From assembly GCA_012295275.1 (NCBI GenBank), contig CM022670.1, forward strand, positions 33,542,001 to 33,606,000: a stretch of 64,000 nt of DNA. Direction: 5' to 3'. The DNA comes from Chrysomallon squamiferum. Its lineage: Eukaryota > Animalia > Mollusca. The position numbers and the translations under genes were made by a program. This document shows, in pieces, positions 39,950 through 51,330 of this stretch (its first letter is position 1; the number at the start of each line of letters is the position of its first letter). The notes under the pieces are model-generated. The model was not told where the DNA came from. It saw nothing but the letters and a program-made list of their open reading frames with translations, and did no database searches.

Positions 39950-41054
39950 ACGCGCGAGAGCTTGCTTTATGGGGGGGTGTGGATGTTATATAACTTCTCA
40001 GTCAAACGAGGTCAGCTTGTTTCCGCTAAGGACACGGCCTGGTTGGATTATTAATGACCAGCGGTCAGTTCATAGCATGCACCACTGATCATCATAACAG
40101 GTTTTGCAACGGGAGATCGCTTAACAGTGTCTGATTTGAATACAGTTGGCCGTCAGCCCGGCTAGCTGTCTTTTCAAGCAAAACCTTTTTACGTTTCCAG
40201 GTCATCTGAGTTCACAGACCACGTGACCGCAGCCGAGGTTTGCCGAGGCTTATTTGTGCTGACATGTTACATAACTCTCTATTTCCACTATGACCTGGTA
40301 CCAATGGCCTAAAACCAGACAATGTGACGTAAGCGTGGACCAGTTTTAGGCTTACATTAAAGGCAACTTTCGATGATCGTCCGCTGAAGCAGCAGCTTGT
40401 CGCTATTTGGTGTAAGTATTCATTTATTTCGCTAACCCTTTGTGTCCGTTCGCTACAATCACGATCTTTTTTTTCTCGATAATCTGGTAACTCCGTGTCC
40501 TACTCGAGTCCTGTGTTTTCAACACATCAACATATGACTAATATGATCATCTCAATCACGGATTGTCTCTATCCCAGTGATGGTAACAGCTGGGAATTTA
40601 CTTTTGACCTTGGTTGTATGGGTTTACCGTAGTGTGCAGTTGGCCTATTTCTGGTGAGGCCATGTTTTTGAGGTCAGCCGCTCGCTTTCTAGTACACTAT
40701 ATCGATATGTGCTAGGCTCACTGCTTTCAGTCAGCCCGTGTGTGCGGTGTTAGCCAGTGAACGTCCACCATTGCTGTGGTCAGCGGTTGTCCAGAACGTA
40801 CACAGACTCACAAAAAAGAAGACTTCATTTTTTTTTCTCTCTATTTTTGGTTCTTCGTCATATCAACACGGACATAACCTGTACATTTGTTCGCAGTGAA
40901 ATCGCTCGATTGACGTAATAGTTGAAGGAATTTCGTAATTACCATGCTGGATTGGCATTATAGGACGATTGTGCAACACCAACTTTCAATCGGGTATGTG
41001 CCACTTATTGTCACATGACGTCTGATTTGTTTCTTATTTAACTATTGAGTAATA
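39950..41054 (+). promoter_or_regulatory. promoter/5' UTR region of the NFIL3-like gene
   Basis: GC/CpG-richer than its surroundings. D-box GTTACATAAC 40266, GTGACGTAAG 40324, E-box CACGTG 40220, CCAAT 40301, AGGTCA half-sites at 40009, 40199, 40291, 40605 and 40671. TCAGT at 40727 is either an Inr or a splice acceptor; a donor-like gtaagt lies at 40412. Confidence 0.65.
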
Positions 41055-41140
41055 ATGTCTGATGCAATTCCTTTAATCAGAATGCCTACCAGAGAAAACG
41101 GGATCATGCCGATGTCGCATTTAAAATATTTCGAAGATAG
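41055..41140 (+). CDS. NFIL3: probable first coding exon of the NFIL3/vrille-like bZIP gene (MSDAIPLIRMPTRENGIMPMSHLKYFEDR)
   Basis: ATG with A at -3, open frame to GATAG|gtaggt (phase 2), matching the phase-2 acceptor at 49674; sits at the end of a CpG-rich promoter-like block. Confidence 0.7.
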
Positions 41141-44100
41141 GTAGGTGATCGTTATTATGTCATAGCAGGCTGATTTTAGTTTAGAAAAAAATAACATTAT
41201 TCTCTATGTTAATATTGTTTTATTTTGTAAAACAAATTGAATTCATTATTTCACTACTTTTGTATTATTTTGTATTATATTATTATTATTTTTTATTATT
41301 AAGTTATCGAATTCTTAAAGCCAGAAGTTTCTTAAATTACCGCAGCATTTCTAAAAACGAAAGATCAGACCAATCGATAAATAACAAGCGCTATGTTTTT
41401 ACGTAACATCATTTTCTTTTTCTATACCGCACATCTTTGTTTACTTTCTACATTGTATAATTACACCAAGCTACTGTTATTGTTTATATATATATCTGTA
41501 TTTGCTTAACTTATTATTATTATTATTACTTTCAAAATTTAATTTTCTTTTCTTTCTTTCTTTTTACTTTAAATATGATTTCCGTAACGTACGCATGACA
41601 TTTATTTTGTTTTGTTGAATGCATTTATGTTTGATTATATAATAGCTTTTGTTCCTTTTCGTTCTTTAGTAATGTTACTGTTGTGGTTGTTGTTATTGTT
41701 GTTTGTTTGTTTCGTCAACGCATATTTACGAGTAACAATAATAGATAAGGAAACAATAAAACTTATTCTTAGATCAAACAAAATCAAAACTTAAAAACAA
41801 CGATGACTTTACAGTTTCAAACCAGCAGAAATTTTTGTATAATTCACAAACTACCTAATACGGAAATATAAAAAAAAAAGAAAAAAAAAAAAAAAAAGAA
41901 AGAAATGAGAGAAGGTAACCTAACGGAAATAACAGTAGAAAATAACTAAAAGAAAAAAAAAAAAAAAAAACAAGAACAGAAGAAAACTAAAAACAAAACA
42001 CTGTATATACTAATAATAAAACCAAGGAAAAGAAACGGGGAAATAAAATAAATAGTAATAACAATAGATTAAGAAAAGAAAGAACAAAACAACAACAAAA
42101 AAAAAAAAAAAAAAAAAACACTATGAAAAACGGTAATCCCATCAATTTCAAACACATATAAGAAGGGCAGTAGCTGTATATTATACTTTGTTGTTTTCGT
42201 TTTATTATTCACTTTATGTAAAAAGAAAAAAAGGTGATTTGTTATCGGATCTTCATCGACTTATCTGTTCAGTAATTCCATGCTCGTTAGCAGACACATC
42301 TGTTTTAAAATCACCATCATGGCGCTTACTGGCGTGCACAGGAAACGTAATCCAGTCGAGCATTTTCTGCCTGGCTTGAAATGAAATCTATTAAAGACAA
42401 ATTTTCAGGGATACATTTAATATGTACGAACATTGACAACAGGTCGTCCAAAGCTTTAATGAAGAAGAACACAAAAATCATAATGAAATTTTGTTTTTGT
42501 TTTCATTTTTGATGTTTTCTTTGTGTGTATTTTTATTTATTTTTGTTACTGAGTTGAATACATGTACAGATAAGTTTTGTTCATTATTTTTATGTGTTTT
42601 TGTTTGTAATCTCCCCCAAACTCGTCCATATTTAGGCCAAAAAAAGAAAAAAAATTAAAATATTGTTTTATACTTTAATTAATTGATTGCATAATCATAT
42701 TTTATCCAATTGTTTTTGTGATCAGTAAGATAGGAGGAAATATAAAACAGTTTAAAATAATTATTGCGAAACTGTAACTCGTATTTCCTATCTCAAATCT
42801 CAACGTGGACCTTTTTTTTACAGACTTAAATCGTATTAGCATAAAATAAATGTCATGACATTTATTTTGTAGCATATTTTTGACATACAGTTATTGTTTA
42901 AATTGTTATAAATCGTTTAAAAGATACAGATATTAAAAAAATCCATGCAGTTGAACGTTTAAAAAAAAATTAAAATAAAAAATAAAAAATAGAAGAAAAA
43001 AACTGACAAAATAAACTGTCTTAAAGATATTGTTTTGAAAAGAAATTTTAATTTTAAAATGAAAATAATAATAATAATAATAATAATAAAGATGTAAGCA
43101 ATGAAATAAAACTTAGTTTCCGCCATTAAAAGCGACCGAAGTAAACTACATCTGAAACCTGAATTTACCAAAGAAACAAGATTCAAAATAACAAAACGAC
43201 TAATGTACTGGAGATCTTTTTCTTTGTAAAAACCATCCTTTGTCTGGAATCTGTAGTCACCAAAGTAAGCGTCTGCCGTCAACAAGCAAACAACAATTAC
43301 TTTGTTTTACGACACCCCTGCCAAGAAGTCGGCCCATTGTGACAAGTGAAGCATTTTAAAGAAGTAACCGATGCCTTAATGCTGAAGATATCTGACTCGT
43401 CGTTCCATCTACTGTCCATACTGACAAGGACACGCAATTTATTTTTTTTACCTATTGATTTTTTAATGCAGTGGATATTCGATCCGTTGGTGACCAGTAA
43501 TTTAGACACGCCACATTATATACAGTCAGAGAGCTTGCTTCCAGTCGATACTTTAGTCCAGTGGTGAAACATTAACAGACCCGGCCATATGCATTGTCCA
43601 GAAAAAAAAAAAAGAATGAAAGAAAAAAAAAAAGCCTCACAGAAATGAATAGGTTGGAGTTCGGGCAGCAGCCAGTAGCCATTGGCCGACACATGCTATG
43701 TAGCGTTTCATGTCTGGTTCTTTATGTTCAAACATACCACAGTTAAGATAAATAGCCAGCAGAGATTTTTGTAGTGTTATGTTTTTATTTCATGCATGAA
43801 GCCGCTTGGCCCTCGGTTTATTAACTAAATGATTCGGTCTTGACAATGATGACATTATCGTTACGTTAGAAATAATTAAATTTATGGTTTAAACATTGAA
43901 AGCGACGTGTGATGCTTTATGAGTACGGTTCCAACCACTGGAACTAACAGCCTACTAACATATCTGGTCAAAAACATTTGTATGTTTACTACATACAATG
44001 CAGTATGATGCCACGCTGATAAAAACAACGTATTGTTATAAAGCTTATCTTTACTTCAAAGAAAAACAAAATGTTGTCGGACTGTATCAGTTCACTTCGT

Positions 44101-45987
44101 TCTTGAACATGTGTACATTCATGTAAACAATATAAATTAAATCTGTTCAGCTTTCTGGAAAATGTAAGTCAGAAGTGTCAGCTGGGCGTTTGGTTATGGT
44201 TAGTTTGAGTTTCATGGAAAACTTTAAATTAAAATAACATAAAGACATATAGTTTATGCATGTAGTTTATAGCTGATTCGGTTGAGGATTACTCAAATGT
44301 AAGGAATGCCGTAGCCGGGGAATAGAAAGATTTATTACTTTGATATCTTTTAAATGAGATTTTGACTGATGGTCTTTAGCGGTAATTATTCTTTATTTAA
44401 CATTTTTAAGCTCTGAACTGTTCGGGTTGCAGTAATCTAATATTCTGACCTTCGCTGATGTAATGTAATATTGAAAATTAGCAGCTGATGACGCCTTCGT
44501 AGCAACAGACGGCAAAGAACCATTCGATTTGAAATTCAAATAGACCAAAACGAAACTATTAAGACATAATGAATAACAGAAAGTCTGTGAACAGAAATAT
44601 AAAATAAAGAAAAGAAAACTAAACAAAAAGAATTGGACAAAGGTATGGTTTATGTTTTACTCCGAATGTGTGCTTGCATGCTAATTATTTTTATCGCATA
44701 CACGTACGTTTCATTGCGTGTGTTCTTCATAAGCGTTAATAACGATTGTTCGGACGTTTTCTGAATGCTAAACAACATGCAATACAGACCGTATTTTTGC
44801 TTTCGCTGGAGAAAAATTACAATGTAAATCGATGTCTAATGCACTGGGAAAGATTTGTTTAAATTATAAAGTTTACAAAATTGATTGTGCTGTAATCATA
44901 TTTGTAACAGACATGTCTTTATAGTATCTCTATCATGCAAATATATACAGGCAGACACACACGCAAACACACTTGAAAGGACAAATTTAAAAGAATTAAT
45001 AATTTAAGAAAGGATTTGCTATTCATGGTGGTGGTGTTTGAGGTTCAGGGTTCCACACGTTCTAAGCTTTTTAAAAATCTGCTGTAGTTTAATCTTTGCG
45101 AATCCGAGTTAGCAAAGTTCGAGACTTGCACTGTACTGGCCTTTCAACATCAGAATTCTATCTTTTTTTTAACACCTGTCATTCCCTCTATATCGCGTTT
45201 TTCGTGACCGACATTATTTTGTTAAGTTTAAAAATACCCTAACCTATATTTACAGAGTGTACTGGTCACTTGCGTTGTCCAGTCAGCACTGCTTTTAACT
45301 GACCTCAGCGCCAATAGGTCTAAAGTGTCCTTGATAAAGATATACCATATATATGTCAGTCAAACCTAATTTTAAATCGTGTATGTACAGCAGTGGTGTT
45401 TTCACGTGATATGTTTGATACGGGTATGAGCACGTTCGATTGATTTAGATATTTTGTTCATGCACTGTAAAGTCTATACACCCCACGTTTGTATGCTATC
45501 TGTGTAGTAAAGAACAAAAGATTATCATTAAATATTGAGATTGATTGACTTTTAAAAGGTTATTTTAGAACAGATTCTGAAATTATATGCGAGTGTCTTA
45601 TTTTTGTTTATTGCAGATCTGTAAGATGCATAACTGTTTATAAGAAATTTTGCTATTTTATTACTGTTGTTGTTGTTGGTTTTTTGGGGTGTTTTTTTCT
45701 GTCTCCTAATCGTGTGTTTTTTTTTAAAACTTAGCATAATTATATCCACTATTTATTTATTTATTTATTTTACTTCATATGCATTTGTTGCCTGCGTATT
45801 TTTTGGAATGTTTTGTCAAAAATAGATTTTAAACATCGTACCACATTCGTTAGTGCGTTATTTTATCCAACAGAGTTATTTTGTGTGAAAAAAAAGCTTT
45901 AACCTTATCGTTTCTTGGTTTCAAGATAGAACAAGAATTTTTGCTTTTCCTTCTGGTGTGTGTGTTATCATTATCATTATTACCTTT

Positions 45988-46035
<48 letters not shown>

Positions 46036-47793
46036 TTTTTGTATCTCAACTGATTCTCCGAGCACGAAGTTAGATGTAAAATAATAATAATAAAAAAAAA
46101 TAACGACAATGAGTAAATTGTTTCTTCATTAATCATTTGTGTTTTAAGCAGATTTTTTCTTTCTGTTTTCCCCCTTCATGACTGGACTATTAAACTAACA
46201 AAAACAACAACAAAACAAAAAGCAAAAAAACCCAAAGAAATAGTAGCAAAGCAAAACAAAACAAAACAAAAAATCCACAAGAAAATCCCACACACCTGAC
46301 AGCAACATAACCATAATACCAACAAAACCCTTCAATTCAGATCAGTCTACCATTGTTATCTTTCCTGTCAATAAATTTCTAACTCGTATCGGATTCTGTT
46401 TACTAAATGTACTTTCTTAGTTATTAAAATCATTTGTCTGGCAGGAAAGTCGTGAACAAAACATTGGCTTACGAAAAGAAAATAAATGAAAAAACTGGAA
46501 AGACGATTATTAAGATGACTGAATGTTTTTCCATTTTCTTTTTAAAAAAGAAAAAAAGAAAAGCATAATGATTACTTGTTTACTGACAGACGACAAAGCT
46601 GTAAATATTTTATAGAACAAGAAGTTTTTTCCATCCTATTAACTCGTCTGATTGCTATTGACAGTCGTGTGTTTTTTTTTTTTCAGATACTGTCGAGTCG
46701 GCAGCTTGATATTTTTAGCAGTTTCTGTTGCCTTCTTGTTAGCCAATCCCAAAACGTGACTTGACTACTCTTTATGCAACATCGGATATTGCCTGACATT
46801 TCAGTGTTTTGCAATACCTGCTACCGGTGTATCGATATAAAAAATAAAAAACAAAGAAAAAAAAACACGTTAGTTTTAAGGAAATGTTTCTGGTAAAACA
46901 GAAGAAAAAAAATAATAATCGTTTTCTATTTGCTGTTTGAATAAAAAAAATAAATAAATAAATAAAAAGAACACATTTTTGATATGTATTGTTCGGTGTT
47001 TTCTAAAACTAGTGCTATTTTTAAATGAAATTATAAAAATTCTTTGCGAGATCTTATAAATAATCTATATATGTGGTCATCGTGGTCTACCGTGCTTTAG
47101 ATTTGTATTGATGTCATGTATTTCTTAGTAATCATATAATAATATGCTGTTTTAAAATGCATAATTTTGTGAGAATTTTCCAGTTGATAATCTAACTTAC
47201 TGTAAGCGATTTATTTTTGTTTTTTTAAATATATTTATTTTACAGTGTATGTTTGCTGGGGTTTCCAGCGATTTGAGGCTTTACCAAATTATTGATTTAT
47301 CTGTAAAAAAAAAAAAAAATATCATTGTTTAATACTTCTGTAGCAATCATTTCGATCATTTTTAAGATCGCCTGTATTGTTGTTTTTTTTTTTTTGTTTT
47401 TTTTTTTTTTTCCATTTATTTTTCTTCTTATCCTGGATTTAAACTTTTTCCCTTTCACCTGTTGACATTCCTGAATATCACTTTACCAGTTTTTCAACCC
47501 TGAATTACCTCTCCGTTTTCATTAAAAGCTTTATCAAACATGAAACTGGCTAGTTCAGATTTATCCGCGAAACGGCGAGTTTGGGATTTGGCTAGAGATA
47601 CGTTTCAGATTTCTTAAAGAAATACATCTTTAAAAGTAATGTCACATTGAGAGATATATGCATCAGAAATACCAAATTCTTTAAAAATGGTAATTTAATA
47701 TTTATTTTCTGTAAAAGATAGCTTTGCTTTCTTTCTGTCTGATAAGCTTACGTCATTGATTTTCTGGCTGAAAAGATTTCTGCTGTCGAAAAT

Positions 47794-48040
47794 GGAAATA
47801 AATATTTTAAGAGTGTATTCATTATATTTTTTATCTATGGTTATATGGCGTCATACATATATAGTTAATGAGCAAAAACGATGATTGTGGAAACCCGCTT
47901 CAGCCTGTGATAGGCTACTTTTTCTATAGTAACAGATATATGCACCTCCTCAGAAACAGGAAGAAACAATGTAGGCCTTTGATAAAGGGACTTGGAATGG
48001 GAAATGGCCCTGTGAATACTCGGAGAAGAACTGATCTTTC
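47794..48040 (-). mobile_element. decayed tRNA-derived SINE with a Nin/Deu-like core
   Basis: GGTTATATGGCGTC..GGAAACCCGCT..ATAGGCTACTTTTTC..TATATGCAC..ACAGGA..GGCCTTTGAT resembles, from memory, the antisense strand of abundant gastropod Nin-domain SINEs; not checked against a database. Confidence 0.55.
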
Positions 48041-49456
48041 ACTGTTCTCACTATACTGAGTGACAGTAAACCACTATCATCTGTCAAAAAGTGCATTTGT
48101 ATATATGAAACTGTTGTAGGTGTGCGTCTGTGTCAGCATTTATTTGTTATAATCATATATGATTTTATTTTAGATATACAAACAACTTTATTCAGCTACT
48201 GATAGTTCTTCATCGTCAAAAATTTGCAGCAATAAAGACAATAAATAAGATTCGACTGAATGACTGAAATAATTATAATTGTCGAGTAAATACAACTCTG
48301 TTAACTAGAAAAATTCTTGAAAATAAGGTGAAAAACTTATTTCTGCGTTAAGAACGGGACAAAAATTGTCTCTGATAGGTACACTATGTTTATCATCCAA
48401 CCTTCAATTAAAACAAATTGCGTAATATTCATTCCCTTATCAGTTTGCATAAACAAGTTGTTTGTACCTACTGCTAGAAAACCTTGGCCTACTTCTATGT
48501 CATAATTCAATAGGTTATTGAAACTTTGCTTGAGTCAGTTTCAGTAATAACCTAGTGTACATAATCTTACATTGCTTAACAATTCTACAATTTGCTGCAA
48601 GGAAAGTATTCTGGAAAGCATTTCGGAAAGCATTCAGTCGAAACGATCATGCATGAATGGGTACAGGCAAACATTGCAGCAGATTAAATTTGTGTTTTAC
48701 ATTTATATGAATACATCTGAAAACAAAGGAGATGTCGTTTTGAAAGCTTTGCACGAAATAACTTCAACAGCTTGTCAAAAACGTGTTGCACTAACTCTTT
48801 CCATTTTCCAAAAATAATAAGATATTGTTGCTGAATCACAACGTAACGTCACGCGGGAAATAACGTTTTTCACTAATGAGGCCCGCCTGATGATGAACCA
48901 TGTTCTCGTGCGGCCCACTTCTTGAGTAAAAGCTTGCCCTTGCCTAGCCTGTATAATACTATCACGAGTGTATTTGCGTAACTTGCCCCATTTATGATAA
49001 CCTTGGAACCTTTTCAACAAAATAACAGAACTATTAATAATTGCTGTCTAATTTTGGACATAGTAATGTTGTTGTTTGTTTTTTTTTCATTGATTGTATC
49101 CAACTGATTCATTCTTGAATAGTTATTATTTTGATTTCACTCTTTTAAAAAGTTAAACTATATTAGGCAGTTAGAAAATGTATCATCATTTGATAATTTT
49201 TTTGACAAGATAAACAATATGAATATAAAACAAAGTAACAAATAACAGTAAGATCACTTAGTTATTATTATTTGTTAATTTAAATAAACTATTCATTCAC
49301 TTACTGTTTTTCATTTTCATTTTGAATATGAAAATAACCTTTATCTTTGTTCCTTATTTGGAATAATCATTTTATTTTATTTTATTTTTTCTAAAAGGAA
49401 ACTTTTTATTGTAATAACTCTTAAATACATAAATTTACACGTAACAGCGCCCTCAC

Positions 49457-49500
<44 letters not shown>

Positions 49501-49673
49501 TAATAACAATAACAATAATAATAACTGAACTAAAATCTATGAAGTATGTTTCTTTATACCTAGGGATTTTAACCATTACTTTTTTTAGTTAAATATGTTT
49601 GCTGTGCAGTCTCTTACAAAGAGTTTCCTGGTTAATAATTATGAGTCTAATACGTGTCTGTTGTTTCTTTCAG

Positions 49674-51330
49674 ATATGGATCTTTTCGGACACGGCAGCA
49701 GCTCATGGAGCTAGGATTTAATACTATGTTAACCGAAGGAGAACTAAGTGATAAGTCCAACAGACAGAGTGGTGAATATTCTTCTCAGTGTGATAATCGT
49801 GACGCAGCCATGTCGATGAATGGTCAAAGTAGTCATCCGTCGTCTGAGATGTATTTCAACGACACGCAAGACATAAGCTCGGCGGAAAGCGGGAACTCGC
49901 AGAGTGAATCGCAGAATAATTCTTTCATACCGCTGAGGAAAAGAAGAGCTTTCATGCCAGAGAACAGGAAGGACAGCAGCTACTGGGAGAAGAGGAAAAA
50001 GAATAACGAGGCAGCAAGACGGTCGCGAGAAAAGAGACGAATTCACGATCTTCATCTTGACTCCAAAGTGTACGAAATCAGTCAGCAGAACGCACTTCTC
50101 AAGCAAGAACTAGCCGCGCTCAAGAAGAAGTTTGCTTTGCCGTTAGATCAGCAGTATGTTCCGTCAGACGAGGAGAACGAATACGACAGTGATCCCACAG
50201 CTGGTATCAGTTCATCTCATCGTATTCGTGGACACAGTGCACCAGTGAGAATGGTCTCCCCTGTTGCCCAGAATTCTTCACAGATTTTACCCAACAACAC
50301 AAAAACAATGTATTCCTCACCTCCGCCACTTCTTGCCGTCACAGGCGCCATCCCAGGTCGGGCTATTCCGGGAACTGGGTATCCTGGCACGAATCCAATT
50401 CCATACTACCTCATACCATCCGGGTCTGAACCTCACCCGCTGCACGCCGAGCGATCGAGTTTACCACCACATCTGTATAATGGTTCGTCTGGTCCGATTC
50501 CTAGAGAAAAAAATTCAAATGTCGAGGATATTCGTTCGTATCAAGATGCACCAGTTAAGACGGAGCCAGCAGAACACAGTAGAGGAGATTCTTCAGGTCC
50601 ACCTCCACTGATGACTCGGGAAGCCAGTTCTCCACCCAACTCAACTGTACCTTATTACCTACCTCAAAGCCAGAAGCTAGACTTGGAGTCCCGTGTGAAA
50701 AGCTGGGATAACTCAGCCACCAGTTTTAGTTCGGATGACCAGGAAGACGAGCCTCTTCAGCTGACCGTGAAAAAAGAAAATGGCTCGACGCAAAATGACA
50801 AACCCCGTTCTAGAAGTCCACAGTGTTCATCTTTACCCCTGAAACTTCGCCACAAAGAGATGTTTGCTCCTCATGATTCATCACATAGTTATTCATCGCA
50901 TCGACCATATATGGATGGCTTGGCTCAGCTCTCTGAAATCGCTCTGGCACAAGCTAGTCCTGTTGCGATGGTCAGAAAAGAAAGTTTCGGCAGTCAAGAT
51001 GCACCGTATAGATCTGATCGGGATCTGTTTCACAGGGATTCTGATAACAGTTTATACAGCTCACTTGACGCATCCGGAGAGCCAAAATACATGGATCCAA
51101 AATATCTGGAAAGACGAAGACGAAATAACGAAGCGGCAAGAAAATGTCGTGAAAACAGAAAAGCTCTTACCAGACTGAGAGAGGTGAAATCAGATTATCT
51201 GGAATCAGAAAACAACAAGCTGAGGAACGAGATGGAAGGCCTGCAAGAGGAAATGAAACAGCTGAGAGAACTGCTGGAGAAAAAGCGACTGGAGAAAGGA
51301 ATGGAAGATTCTCCAACGTCTGAGACATGA
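49674..51330 (+). CDS. NFIL3: NFIL3/E4BP4/vrille-like transcription factor with two bZIP domains, main coding exon
   Basis: Acceptor ttgtttctttcag|A lies inside the 558-aa ORF. bZIP1 RKRRAFMPENRKDSSYWEKRKKNNEAARRSREKRRIHDLHL...LKQELAALKKKF is NFIL3-type; SLPLKLRHK matches the NFIL3/Vrille repression-region motif; a second bZIP DPKYLERRRRNNEAARKCRENRK... lies at the C-terminus. Confidence 0.9.

Noticed and set aside
49654-49673. GTG start of the 558-aa ORF
   Set aside because: This stretch is the polypyrimidine tract and AG of an intron; the frame joins the 41055-41140 exon.
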